DNA of 64,000 nucleotides from an uncultured virus (IMG/VR IMGVR_UViG_3300044491_001439). Its lineage: Duplodnaviria; Heunggongvirae; Uroviricota; Caudoviricetes; Kyanoviridae. Location: the IMG/VR virus record IMGVR_UViG_3300044491_001439. The stretch is one strand, 5' to 3'. A program made the translations under genes and the position numbers. The notes beneath the pieces are model-generated. The model did no database searches, had not been told where the DNA came from, and saw only the letters and a list, made by a program, of their open reading frames with translations. The stretch's first letter is position 1; every line of letters starts with the position of its first letter. Positions 1 to 9,700 of this stretch are shown here, piece by piece.

Positions 1-433
1 CAACCTTCATTACACAAGGAAATCCTACTTGTTTCTCAACAGTTTCTGCTTTACAAGGAAATCTTGTAAGCATCGTTTTAGGAATAGGAAGTCCTGCTTG
101 AGCCAAGATTTGACTCGCATATAACTTGTCTTTAGACGCCTCGATCGCCTGACTGTTTGGCAAAGTCAAAACATTCAGTCTTTCAAATTGTCGGAGAACA
201 GATAGGTTAAAGTAACCAGTACCGCTACCAGTCCTAGCAAGTAGGCAATCAGGGAGAGGGACAATATCATTACGATATCGAATAGATTTGCGGTCATCTC
301 TCGAAACAATTAAATCGATCTCGTCTGCAAAGACTAAATTAAAATCGATATTATATTTATCTGCTTCTTCGACAAATCTTTCTCTTTCATACGTTTCTGT
401 TGTGAAACGATTACCAAGCATCCATAGTTTCAT
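1..433 (-). CDS. rimK: RimK-family ATP-grasp alpha-L-glutamate ligase (5' part; runs off the window start)
   Basis: Not in ORF track. My translation from ATG 433: MKLWMLGNRFTTETYERERFVEEADKYNIDFNLVFADEIDLIVSRDDRKSIRYRNDIVPLPDCLLARTGSGTGYFNLSVLRQFERLNVLTLPNSQAIEASKDKLYASQILAQAGLPIPKTMLTRFPCKAETVEKQVGFPCVMKV. LARTG, VLRQFE, NSxAIxxxxDK, LxxAGLPxPKT and GFPxVxK are RimK hallmarks. Confidence 0.88.
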   Translation of the reverse strand, partial: MKLWMLGNRFTTETYERERFVEEADKYNIDFNLVFADEIDLIVSRDDRKSIRYRNDIVPLPDCLLARTGSGTGYFNLSVLRQFERLNVLTLPNSQAIEASKDKLYASQILAQAGLPIPKTMLTRFPCKAETVEKQVGFPCVMKV

Positions 434-442
434 ACATTATCA

Positions 443-586
443 TCAGGGGTTTTTAGAATCGTAACCAAGTTCAATCAAATAATCAATCCACCATTGGGGA
501 TCTTTTCTTTTCCAGTTGGGAACTGGTAAGTTATGAAGCGAATACCACTCGCTAATCGCTTCATCGATAGTCTGTGCGATCTCCAT
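443..586 (-). CDS. Small hypothetical protein (47 aa, Trp-rich)
   Basis: MEIAQTIDEAISEWYSLHNLPVPNWKRKDPQWWIDYLIELGYDSKNP; GAGG upstream of ATG 586; the track's longer N-terminal extension overlaps the neighbouring gene. Confidence 0.6.
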   Translation of the reverse strand: MEIAQTIDEAISEWYSLHNLPVPNWKRKDPQWWIDYLIELGYDSKNP

Positions 587-770
587 ATTCCTCTTCCTCT
601 TCATCAACGTCTGCATATGCATCTGCCACGAAGGGTCCTCGTTTTCGTAGAGGTTCTTTTCCGACATAAGAGTTTTCTGAATTAACGGCAGACACCCATA
701 CAGCAAGTTTCATTACTATAAAAATAATAACCAGTGGTGTGAAGCAACCGATTAAAATTACTGGATTCAT
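561..770 (-). CDS. Hypothetical membrane protein (69 aa)
   Basis: N-terminal hydrophobic helix, acidic tail; AGGAG upstream; ATGA overlap with upstream ORF. Confidence 0.65.
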   Translation of the reverse strand: MNPVILIGCFTPLVIIFIVMKLAVWVSAVNSENSYVGKEPLRKRGPFVADAYADVDEEEEEYGDRTDYR

Positions 771-928
771 TTATGACTCCTATTGAAAGGTTCCCAGTGT
801 TCCCACCTATATTTATGTACTGCCCACATACCAAGAATGGGAACGAAGACCAGGCACCATGCCAATAGTCCACATCCCCATGGGTTGTTTAATACCGTTC
901 CACAAAATCTAGCAAACTGTAAAATCAT
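767..928 (-). CDS. Small membrane protein (53 aa)
   Basis: Below track cutoff. MILQFARFCGTVLNNPWGCGLLAWCLVFVPILGMWAVHKYRWEHWEPFNRSHK; stop overlaps next start (ATGA). Confidence 0.6.
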   Translation of the reverse strand: MILQFARFCGTVLNNPWGCGLLAWCLVFVPILGMWAVHKYRWEHWEPFNRSHK

Positions 929-1013
929 AGTTGCCCATAAGCGTTGTTAACTCCCCAAATAATAGTTAATACTATTGGGGATATCATAAAAAATGCCGAG
1001 ACAAAAGGTCTCA

Positions 1014-1202
1014 CTATTTTTTCTCCAATAAGTTTAAAAAATATCTATCAACTTCATACAAATCACCACGGGGTGGTTGATCTTCAATTTGAGACCATTC
1101 ATTGCAGAGTGATCTCATTTCTGGTGTTATACCTGAAGGTTTAAAGATTCTCCCAAATGATGACATGGCAAAAGCATACCTCATCCTAATGCGCTGTTCC
1201 AT
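1014..1202 (-). CDS. Hypothetical protein (about 62 aa)
   Basis: MEQRIRMRYAFAMSSFGRIF...LYEVDRYFLNLLEKK; GAGG upstream of ATG 1202; start uncertain (1226 possible). Confidence 0.6.
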   Translation of the reverse strand: MEQRIRMRYAFAMSSFGRIFKPSGITPEMRSLCNEWSQIEDQPPRGDLYEVDRYFLNLLEKK

Positions 1203-1317
1203 TTCCTCGGTAGGCGTCGGTTTCATAATAGTTATTCTCACCTTTTCTGTACCCGAAATATGCGGTGGCACATATAAAGGGTAGTGATCCGAAAAGTAGG
1301 ACATGTGCTAAAGTCAT
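1186..1317 (-). CDS. Small membrane protein (43 aa)
   Basis: Below track cutoff. MTLAHVLLFGSLPFICATAYFGYRKGENNYYETDAYRGNGTAH; ATG overlaps gnd stop (ATGA). Confidence 0.6.
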   Translation of the reverse strand: MTLAHVLLFGSLPFICATAYFGYRKGENNYYETDAYRGNGTAH

Positions 1318-2360
1318 CTTACGTTGTGTCCTCCGAACTTATATCGCATACCGTTTAGAATCTTGGATGCGAAAGCACCAAGACGGCGCGAGTTAAATCT
1401 TTCATACAAAGCACTAGTGATGACAGGAGCGGGTACACCAAGATCCACAGCAGCGTGAACAGTCCAACGCCCTTCGCCAGAGTCTGATACTCCCCCATCG
1501 AACTTGCCAAGATCTCTATCACTGCGTAGTACATCAGCGGTAAGGTCAAGTAACCAACTACCAACAACACTACCCCGACGCCATAGCTCAGCCACTTCAG
1601 CAACGTCCACATCATATTGATAATCTGCCGGATTTTCCATCGGAGCCACCTCGGCATCCCCTTCCTTAATGTAATGGGAGCCAAGATTGCCAGAATGCAG
1701 AATATTAAACCCTTCGGCATATGCTTGCATGATTCCATATTCGATACCGTTATGAACCATTTTTACAAAATGACCAGCACCAGGATTACCACAATGTAAC
1801 CAACCATATTCTGCTGAAGTCTCTCTACTTAAAGCATCTGTTCTGGAAGCAGCACCAATGCCTGGTGCGAGTGCCCTGAAGATAGGAGCACAGACGGATA
1901 CTGCAGTAGTTGTACCACCAACCATAAGACAGAATCCACGCTCCAAACCATAAACACCACCACTAGTACCACAGTCAATATATTGGATACCCAGTTTTGA
2001 AAGACGTTCCGCCCTCCTCCTACTATCCTTAAAATTGCTATTGCCATGATCAATAATAATATCTCCGTCGCCAAGTAGTGGTAGTAACTCATTGATAGTT
2101 TCCTCTACTAATTCTGCGGGGATAACAAGTTGAAAAATGCCAGGAACTTTACCAGCACTTGTGTGAACCTTTTTATCAGATTTAACTGCTTGAACAAGAC
2201 ACTCTAGTGAAGTTGCACATCCACTAATATATCCTGCTTCATATTGTTCACATGCTTTCTCGTAGTTATTCCTATAACCCCAAACTTCAATTCCTTCTTT
2301 GATCATACGGCGAGACATACCCTCACCCATACGACCCAATCCAATCATTCCAACTTTCAT
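1314..2360 (-). CDS. gnd: 6-phosphogluconate dehydrogenase, short (Gnd/YqeC) type; auxiliary metabolic gene
   Basis: GLGRMG Rossmann motif, IIDHGNS, DCGTSGG, GAGHFVKMVHNGIEYG, DSGEGRWT, C-terminal FGGH. Confidence 0.96.
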   Translation of the reverse strand: MKVGMIGLGRMGEGMSRRMIKEGIEVWGYRNNYEKACEQYEAGYISGCATSLECLVQAVKSDKKVHTSAGKVPGIFQLVIPAELVEETINELLPLLGDGDIIIDHGNSNFKDSRRRAERLSKLGIQYIDCGTSGGVYGLERGFCLMVGGTTTAVSVCAPIFRALAPGIGAASRTDALSRETSAEYGWLHCGNPGAGHFVKMVHNGIEYGIMQAYAEGFNILHSGNLGSHYIKEGDAEVAPMENPADYQYDVDVAEVAELWRRGSVVGSWLLDLTADVLRSDRDLGKFDGGVSDSGEGRWTVHAAVDLGVPAPVITSALYERFNSRRLGAFASKILNGMRYKFGGHNVR

Positions 2361-2369
2361 GATATCTAA

Positions 2370-2693
2370 TTAATTAACGTGAATGACGCCAGTCATACCT
2401 GCGCCCTGATGGGGACCACAGAAGAACTCATAGTCTCCTGGATCAGCAAATACAACATCTTGTGTTTCTCCAGGAGCAAACAATAGTGCTTCTCTGGAAA
2501 GATCTGCACGACCTTCTACAATAATGTTATGTGGAGGTAATGCTTCATTGATGAAGTGGACCGTATCGCCTGCAGAGATTGAGATCTCGTTTGGTTCAAA
2601 TACTAGGTTGCCACCAGCACCCATTGATACATCCACTGCCCACACTGGAGCAGCAATAAAGAGTGAAATCAATAATGCAATTAAAACTTTCAT
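2370..2693 (-). CDS. petE: Plastocyanin; auxiliary metabolic gene
   Basis: Signal peptide ending APVWA; LVFEP; type-1 Cu ligands PPHN and FFCGPHQGAGM. Confidence 0.96.
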   Translation of the reverse strand: MKVLIALLISLFIAAPVWAVDVSMGAGGNLVFEPNEISISAGDTVHFINEALPPHNIIVEGRADLSREALLFAPGETQDVVFADPGDYEFFCGPHQGAGMTGVIHVN

Positions 2694-2723
2694 AGTAGTT
2701 TTATCAACTACAATATGTAGGTA

Positions 2724-2729
2724 TATTTA
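2724..2729 (-). promoter_or_regulatory. Possible T4-type late promoter (TAAATA) upstream of petE
   Basis: GTAAATA on minus strand about 30 nt before petE ATG. Confidence 0.4.
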
Positions 2730-2737
2730 CAATATTT

Positions 2738-2917
2738 TTATCTTGTATTTGTTTCGATTTCCTCATTTTCAAGCAAGTATTCATGCTTGTAATGGTTTAA
2801 TTTTTTAATGACTTCAGAATATTCATCCCACATATATTCCGAACCAGTTTTTTCCTGATAAGTCTCACATGCTTTGATTAAACGGTAAATATCTGATGCG
2901 TTAAATCTCATACCCAT
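2738..2917 (-). CDS. Hypothetical protein (59 aa)
   Basis: Below track cutoff. MGMRFNASDIYRLIKACETYQEKTGSEYMWDEYSEVIKKLNHYKHEYLLENEEIETNTR; fills the gap between two genes. Confidence 0.65.
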   Translation of the reverse strand: MGMRFNASDIYRLIKACETYQEKTGSEYMWDEYSEVIKKLNHYKHEYLLENEEIETNTR

Positions 2918-2947
2918 GGTATTAAAATATTATTATAACTAGTTATA

Positions 2948-3232
2948 TTAGCAATTCCACGCACGTAATGATTTATTAATCCTGCTGTCAGGATCTCGTG
3001 ACGTTTTCTTGCTAGTAAGTTTTGCTTTCATGCCTTTCATTCTAGCGCAGAAGGATGCCCTCCTGGGATTTCCAACCTTCTTGCTTGGTGCTTTAAGGTC
3101 AGATCCTGGATTTTCTCTTTCGTAAGACTTTCTTCCTTTCTCATTAAGTCCTCCAGATTTGTTTTGTCCTGATTTTTTTGTCCAGGTTGCTCCTTCGGAG
3201 ATGTCATGCCTTAACTGTTTGAACGACTTCAT
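2948..3232 (-). CDS. Small basic phage protein (DUF6321-like), possible internal head protein
   Basis: GGLNEKGRKSY...PGSDLKAP...RRASFCARMKG...PDSRINKSLRAWNC; N-terminus MKSFKQLRHDISE resembles a T4-type cleavable capsid-targeting leader. Confidence 0.7.
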   Translation of the reverse strand: MKSFKQLRHDISEGATWTKKSGQNKSGGLNEKGRKSYERENPGSDLKAPSKKVGNPRRASFCARMKGMKAKLTSKKTSRDPDSRINKSLRAWNC

Positions 3233-3237
3233 ATTTA

Positions 3238-3777
3238 TCAACCACCAACAACAGCAACTTCGTCTATATAAACTTCAAGACCATTATTTGTATCACCTTG
3301 AGCAGAAACTTTTGCTGATTTAGAAAGAGTTGCCAAACCAGTAAATGCTGCTAAAGCACTGGTGTTGGCATTAACAGTAATTGATGTTCCGCTAACAGCA
3401 GTGATCTCTACATGAGTGATAGCAGTATTGTATCCAGCAACTGAAGATCCTGTGAGAGTTGCATAATCGCCAACAGCAAAAGGTTGACTATTTCCTTCGG
3501 TAGTTAATACACATGATGTTGCTGCTGATGCTGCAATAATATTTGCTCTTTTAGGAGAATGACCCTTGATAATAATATCAGTTCCAGAAAGAACATGAGC
3601 AGTATCAGAATCTGTTCCTGCATTAGGATTTCCATTAATAGAAAAATGCGCTGGGTTTGTAGCTGCATTAGAAATTCTGTATAATCCAGTTCTAATAGTG
3701 TGTCCAGTGCTAGTAATTACACCATCAGAATTATCTGTCAGATCACCAATGTGTTGAACTACTTTAAAGATTGCCAT
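3238..3777 (-). CDS. Putative virion structural protein (179 aa)
   Basis: Thr/Ala/Gly-rich beta-type sequence, coupled to the g16 stop. Confidence 0.65.
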   Translation of the reverse strand: MAIFKVVQHIGDLTDNSDGVITSTGHTIRTGLYRISNAATNPAHFSINGNPNAGTDSDTAHVLSGTDIIIKGHSPKRANIIAASAATSCVLTTEGNSQPFAVGDYATLTGSSVAGYNTAITHVEITAVSGTSITVNANTSALAAFTGLATLSKSAKVSAQGDTNNGLEVYIDEVAVVGG

Positions 3778-4199
3778 TAGTCTTCTGCTTTTTCTTTATT
3801 TATTTGTTTGAGCATCTTTTGAAGGTCTGCTGTACTACCAACAAATAAGTTATTTGTGGTGTTGTTAGTCTCACGCTTGGTAGGAGACTCAAGATCCTTC
3901 ATCTTCTTCTGCAAATCAATCAGTTTATCAGTGGTGTCTGCAACCTGCTTCATGGCGTTCACAGCGACTTCATACGCTCTTGGGTGCCCTGACTCCTGTG
4001 CAACCTCTAACGCCCCGTTGAACGCCTCCTGACCCTTGTCTATGAGGTTGTATAGTTGTGCTCTGGTATAATCATAATCTTTATCCTGGTGATCTTTATC
4101 TTCTTTTTTTGGAACTGGTTTCGATGCTTCGATTTTAGTCTCTTTGTTTTCAACTTCAATATCAAATACGTCTTCCATATTATTTTCAAAGGTACTCAT
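3777..4199 (-). CDS. gp16: Terminase small subunit gp16
   Basis: DYDYTRAQLYNLIDKG, HPRAYEV, NNLFVGSTADLQKML; directly downstream of g15. Confidence 0.92.
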   Translation of the reverse strand: MSTFENNMEDVFDIEVENKETKIEASKPVPKKEDKDHQDKDYDYTRAQLYNLIDKGQEAFNGALEVAQESGHPRAYEVAVNAMKQVADTTDKLIDLQKKMKDLESPTKRETNNTTNNLFVGSTADLQKMLKQINKEKAED

Positions 4200-4999
4200 A
4201 ATAATTCAATCCCCTCATTAAATCCAAAGTCATCTGTACTGACGACAAGTGCGTCATCAGCAGCATCTATCACACCATCAGCATTCTTATCTTCCAATGC
4301 TTTGGGTGTATATGTAAGAGCAACTTCTCTTTTCCCAACATCGGGATCTCCAATGGTTTCGTATACAGTTGCTTTCTTGATAAGACCACTCTTACTATAA
4401 GGACCGTAGATGTAAGATCTTGCGGTAAAGTTAAGAGTCCATACAATACTTCTTCTTTCTAAAAAGTCACCATCCCAATCATCTTCATGACTGATGCCAT
4501 TAAGAATAATAGAAATATCTTTCTTCTCATTCATATCAGCAATCATATTAACCGTAACATTAAAGTTAGGTTGAAAGTATGGAAGGATTTGCTCAAGGAT
4601 TTGTAAACCATCATCTTGAGACTTGGCAATGATACCAAGTTCAAATTCCATATTGTAGGGAACTGGAACGTATTGTACTTTTACTTCCGTACCATCATCA
4701 TTAATTACTGTACGATACTTTTGTGTAGGCGCAGTTTTTCTAGAACTATCATAATTAAGACCGGTCATTTCAAAGTATAGTCTTGGTAATGTAATAGCAA
4801 CTTTCTTATCAACGTCAGGGTTCTGTTCTAGTCGTGTCAAAAACTTTGCTTTGGGTCCATAAGCAAGAGGAACTTTCTCTGCTTCGATCACATCACCAGT
4901 TGAAGGATCTTTTTTTCTAATTTCAATATTATTAAATAATGTTCCGAAACTGATTACTGTTTTCCTAATCGCTTCGTTATAAAAATGTGGACCTAACAT
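4196..4999 (-). CDS. gp15: Tail sheath stabiliser/terminator gp15
   Basis: HFYNEAIRKTVISFGTLFNNI, VPLAYGPK, ITLPR, PVPYN, QILEQILPYFQP. Confidence 0.95.
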   Translation of the reverse strand: MLGPHFYNEAIRKTVISFGTLFNNIEIRKKDPSTGDVIEAEKVPLAYGPKAKFLTRLEQNPDVDKKVAITLPRLYFEMTGLNYDSSRKTAPTQKYRTVINDDGTEVKVQYVPVPYNMEFELGIIAKSQDDGLQILEQILPYFQPNFNVTVNMIADMNEKKDISIILNGISHEDDWDGDFLERRSIVWTLNFTARSYIYGPYSKSGLIKKATVYETIGDPDVGKREVALTYTPKALEDKNADGVIDAADDALVVSTDDFGFNEGIELL

Positions 5000-5877
5000 C
5001 AGAACTCACCAGTAACGTTTCCATATTCACCGAATGGATTCCTCTCGGTAAAGTCGAGAAGATCATCAGCTGTTGTTTCAATATATTTATTGTCGGCATA
5101 CTCAACGTTTTCTAGAGATAGATTATCTACATCCACACTAGTCTGTACTGTTCCACTAGTGCCGCCAGTGATAGTTTCTCCCGGAGTGAAGTTGCCTGTC
5201 CTATTAATGAGTTTAAGTTCGTGAGTATCTCTATCCCAGAATGATACTTCTGCAGTAGTTCCTGTCGTGCCACCAGTTACAATCTCACCCAATGAATAAT
5301 GAGTTGTTGCATCAGTATCCATAGCAAGAGTAATCGAAGGAGCAAAGATCTCTTCAATAACATCAATCTCTTCAATGCCTGTCTCGAACTCGTCATTGCC
5401 AAGCTCGTAAATCTCTGCAGTCAATGTATAAATGTAGTTCTGACCTAACTGGTAGAACGGTGCTTCTCTTTCTACAAACTTGATCTCATATAGATCTTCT
5501 GTAAGTGGTAGATAGATTAAATCTCCTTCATTTGGTCTACCATCCACAGTAGTAATGTCAGCAAACTCTTGGAATACTTGACTCCATCTGTTCTGTGATA
5601 CCACCATGGTAATCTCATCAGTGATACGTAGACCAAACTTACTAATGAATTCAGATGGTGATCCAAATCCCTCAACATTGATCAATAGCATTTCGATCAT
5701 GTATTGAGTTGTAAACTCTGAATACAAGACATCGTTGAGTGCTACATCTTTAATCATCTTCCTTGGAAGATAGTAGACATCACTGCCGAACAATTTGATC
5801 TGCTCATCCACTAAACTTTGGATAAGGTTCTGCTCGGTGTTAACACCACCATGTTGCGGGAAGTAGATACTTTTCAT
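4999..5877 (-). CDS. gp14: Neck protein gp14
   Basis: EQNLIQSLVDEQIKLFGSDVYYLPR, SKFGL, RPNEGDLIYLP, FYQLG, C-terminal NPFG. Confidence 0.94.
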   Translation of the reverse strand: MKSIYFPQHGGVNTEQNLIQSLVDEQIKLFGSDVYYLPRKMIKDVALNDVLYSEFTTQYMIEMLLINVEGFGSPSEFISKFGLRITDEITMVVSQNRWSQVFQEFADITTVDGRPNEGDLIYLPLTEDLYEIKFVEREAPFYQLGQNYIYTLTAEIYELGNDEFETGIEEIDVIEEIFAPSITLAMDTDATTHYSLGEIVTGGTTGTTAEVSFWDRDTHELKLINRTGNFTPGETITGGTSGTVQTSVDVDNLSLENVEYADNKYIETTADDLLDFTERNPFGEYGNVTGEF

Positions 5878-6704
5878 CCGATCATATCCATTGGGGGAAG
5901 TTCATAGTAGGTTGCACTTTTCTCCATGAGAGCATCAATTTCTTTTTGTGCATCCTCAAACAACTGTCTGCCATTGAGTGATACACCACCAGGCAGTTGT
6001 ACGTTGTTAAACTTGATTAGGTTCTGTCCCCACTGTCTTTTAATCAAAGATGTAAGATATTGTTTAACAAAACTATCGTTATAAACTTGAGTAAAATCGT
6101 CTGGATTTAAATAACGATAACATTCAATCAACAAATAATTGCCTTCAACCATTCTGCTTTTATCAATATCAATGAATAGTCTATCCTGTCTTTGATTAAA
6201 TCTAAACTGAACTAATGATCCAGTTTGAACAATCATGTCAAGAGTTTCAAAGTATGTCTTAAGCATATAATAATTTGACATATCAAAGTTACCAAAAGCA
6301 AATCCTGATGAGAACGAAAAGATGTCCATCAGGAAGTATTGGTTATTCATACCAAAGAGATTGTTTCTCGCAAAGTTAGATGAGATACCCATCACTTTAG
6401 AGATGCCAACTACATGTTCTGGAACTTCAATAAAGTTTTTTCTATTCAACCAAGTGGCAGCATCAGGAGCTAGTGTTGATGACGTTTCATCAGCACTATC
6501 AAAACGTGTTACATCTTCTGCTGTAATCTCATGCTTGAGATACATATGCTCGACGCCATCAAAATGACGCTCTCTATAATATTGGAAAGCGTCATCAATA
6601 AGGTCATCCAGTTGATCATCATCTACATTAATTTCAAGAACTGGATGACCTAAACGTCTTAAACAATACTCCTTAAGTTCTTGTCTACTTGAGGGTTCTG
6701 CCAT
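5874..6704 (-). CDS. gp13: Neck protein gp13
   Basis: ELKEYCLRRLGHPVLEINVDDDQ, KRQWGQNLIKF, LPGGVSLNG. Confidence 0.95.
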   Translation of the reverse strand: MAEPSSRQELKEYCLRRLGHPVLEINVDDDQLDDLIDDAFQYYRERHFDGVEHMYLKHEITAEDVTRFDSADETSSTLAPDAATWLNRKNFIEVPEHVVGISKVMGISSNFARNNLFGMNNQYFLMDIFSFSSGFAFGNFDMSNYYMLKTYFETLDMIVQTGSLVQFRFNQRQDRLFIDIDKSRMVEGNYLLIECYRYLNPDDFTQVYNDSFVKQYLTSLIKRQWGQNLIKFNNVQLPGGVSLNGRQLFEDAQKEIDALMEKSATYYELPPMDMIG

Positions 6705-6714
6705 TAGTTACTCC

Positions 6715-9700
6715 TTATGCCTGTGCTTCGGACCATCTCAAGTTGATCGTAACATCAACATCAGATCCATTAGATAGGAATGCGTTGATTGCTAATACGT
6801 CAGGTCCATTAGGGAATGCTCCTGTTCCTCCGATTGGAGTATTGGTGAGTTCCTTAAGACCAGATAGATCAATACCATCACGGTCTCCACTACCACAACC
6901 TGCCGTGAACGAGAATACCTGTTCGCCTGGTTGTGCAGTAGAACCAGCAAGTGATGTGAAGGTGAAGGTGGTTTGATTTGTTGCACCTGCGTCGATTCGA
7001 CTAGAGAATACGATATAAACTAAACCAGGGAATGCACCAGAGTTGAAGATACCAGTAACAGTTTCACCACCACTGAAGTTCTTACCGTCAGCACCAACAG
7101 TAGAAACGTTATCACCGATTCTGACACCAGAAACATCATTAGGACTGAAATAATGGTAATTACGATTGCCGTTGTCACGGGCGTTTTGTGCAGTAATAGC
7201 AACTTCTTGAATACCCCAATCAACAGAAGTAGCAATTTGTGCGAATGATGGTTGTCCACCAGCACCCTGGTTGTTCAAACCGTCCCAAGAAACATCAGAT
7301 GGTACTGTTGGGTAGTTAGATGGGTTGAGAACACCCTCAATAATAACCGTTTGTGTATTCTGTCCACCCTCCACAACGATATCAATGTTCTTCAATAGCA
7401 ACTGTGCTCTGTTAATCAGTTCTCTTTCGCCAAGATCACCAATGATTGCATTGGATACGCTAGGTGATAGACGGATAAGGAACAATGTAGACTTGATGAC
7501 ACCTACCTGAACTGTTGGTAGTCTGTATGAGAAAATATATCCGCGATCTTCGTCAAAATTACCATCGGTAAGGAACGCAGAACCCCAGTGATTAATCTGT
7601 GGAGTGGCAGTTACACTAGCAAGAATAACCCCAGTATCTTTTGTATGGGATGCAGCACTACCTGCAGTGTAAGACCTTTGAGATCCTGCTGCAAAATTAG
7701 ATAAAGTTGCTGCTCTAGTTAAACCAGAGAGAGTATTTCCATTTTTGCTGTTGTAACGAATGATCTCGTTATCAATATAAAGAGTTCCGAAAGATGGGAA
7801 TAAAGATGCATCATCCAAAGTAATATCAGTAGATGTAGGAGACAAAGGAGCTCCAAGTCTTGCACCAGGACCTTCATTCATAACTTCATATCTAACTGGT
7901 AAGTTGCCAGATCTCATGTATGCCTCTGTATTGAGGTTGTTGTTCTTGAGTCTGTGTAAGAAGATATAGTCTCCTCTTGGACCACGTAGCATCCAGTCAA
8001 TGAAACCAGCACCATACCAGGAATACTGGAATCCGATCATCTGCATCTTATTAACATTGATCTTATAACCAGACTTACCGGTTCCATCACAGCGATCAAG
8101 ATTCCATTGAGATTGAGGAATTACTATTTCTCTAGTAAATGCTGCTTTGGTATTGGAAACTCCAGAAACTCCACGGTAGTCAGGATTTACAAACATCGTA
8201 GTGTTATCTTCAACTGACGTGACAATATGAGTCATGCCTCTGATTACAATTCTATCTCCTGCTTTTAATTGTTCTCTGAACCTAGTATTTGTACCTGTCA
8301 CTTCATTGGATCCAGATGCGACAGAAAGAGTTCCTGTTAACTGGAATGTAGAAGATCTCAAACCAATTGAATAGTTTGTTCCGTCATATTGGAAAAAGAT
8401 TCCATTCTGTTCATCGAAGCAACCAGATCTGACAGTAGCACCTTTCCAAGCATATAAACCTACTTGAGGTTGTGTTCCAAACTTTGCAATGGTTTCTTCT
8501 AAAACCTCTATTGCCTCGATTTTGAAAGTATTTTCATTTACAATTTCTGTAACAGAATAAGTATTATTGTATCCTGTTGACGTAATACCTTCTAAAACAA
8601 CTTCTGCTCCTACTTGTAGTCCGTGATCGATATCGTCAGTAACTACTTCAATCACAGAACCAATGCTTGTTCCTTCTGCAATAACACTTCTAATATCATA
8701 TGAAGGAGCGAAGTTAACACCAGTGGTATACATGATACCTTTACCAGACTGATATCTGATATACTTTTTAGACTGACGAATTGCCTGTGCGCCGTGTGCA
8801 GGAGATCCTGTACCGATCTGAACACCACCATCAAATGGTCTGTGGACATAGAATGTATCAGATCTAGCAGTGATAGAACCTTGCAAAGTGGAACTAGTAC
8901 TAACATTACCAGTTGATCTAGAAGTATATACCAGAGACGTTAAAGATGGAACACTGTCGATAAAGAAAGGTCCTGAACATAGAGAATGGTTTGTTCCATT
9001 AGAAGTAATTGATACCAGTATTTGACTTCCTGGAAGTAAACCATGATTTGAAGCAAACGATGCTTGAATCTTTGCGATAGAACTATATGAAAATGATGTA
9101 CTATCAGGAACCGATTGGAATAACGGTTCTGATAGAGTCATTGATGGTCTAAAAGTAATCGCATCTCCAGATGCTGGAAGACCAGTAGCAGATACTTCTA
9201 AAATAGATCCAGACGAATCAACACTTTCTACAGTGACAGTCATATCATTTGCAGGAGAAACTGCTCCTAGGATACCACCATCAACTAATAGTTCATATCC
9301 AATTGCATAATCTGCTCCGGGGGAACCAACAATAGCAACATAATCTCCATCATCATTAATGGTTGCCTTTACAGTGGCACCAACAGCAGCTTGTTGTGGA
9401 GTTAACCCTTCGTATACCGCATCTCCACTTGAAGGAGCTCCTGCTTGATTAAAGGTTAAAATGCCACCATTGGCATCAATTGTTTGAATACTGATAGTTA
9501 AATCATTTTCTGGACTATTACCACCTAATTGATTTCCAAGAACAAGGATGGTATCCGCAATAGTATAGTCACTACCAGGATTAGCAATAGTAACCGTGTA
9601 TGTAGGTGTGCCTGAAGTATTTGATGCTGCTCTATTCTCTTGAACCACTAACGATTGACCATCTGAAGATGCTCCACCTAAATCAGTTAATGTTTGAACT

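Noticed and set aside
925..1013. Possible 29-aa ORF (VRPFVSAFF...GQL) or terminator (GAGAC-CTTTT-GTCTC) and CCCCAA...TTGGGG inverted repeat
   Set aside because: Short, weak stems and a GTG start without a clear SD; cannot choose between interpretations
3232..3238. ATAAATA as a late promoter for the 94-aa gene
   Set aside because: Overlaps the start codon itself, so it cannot drive that gene
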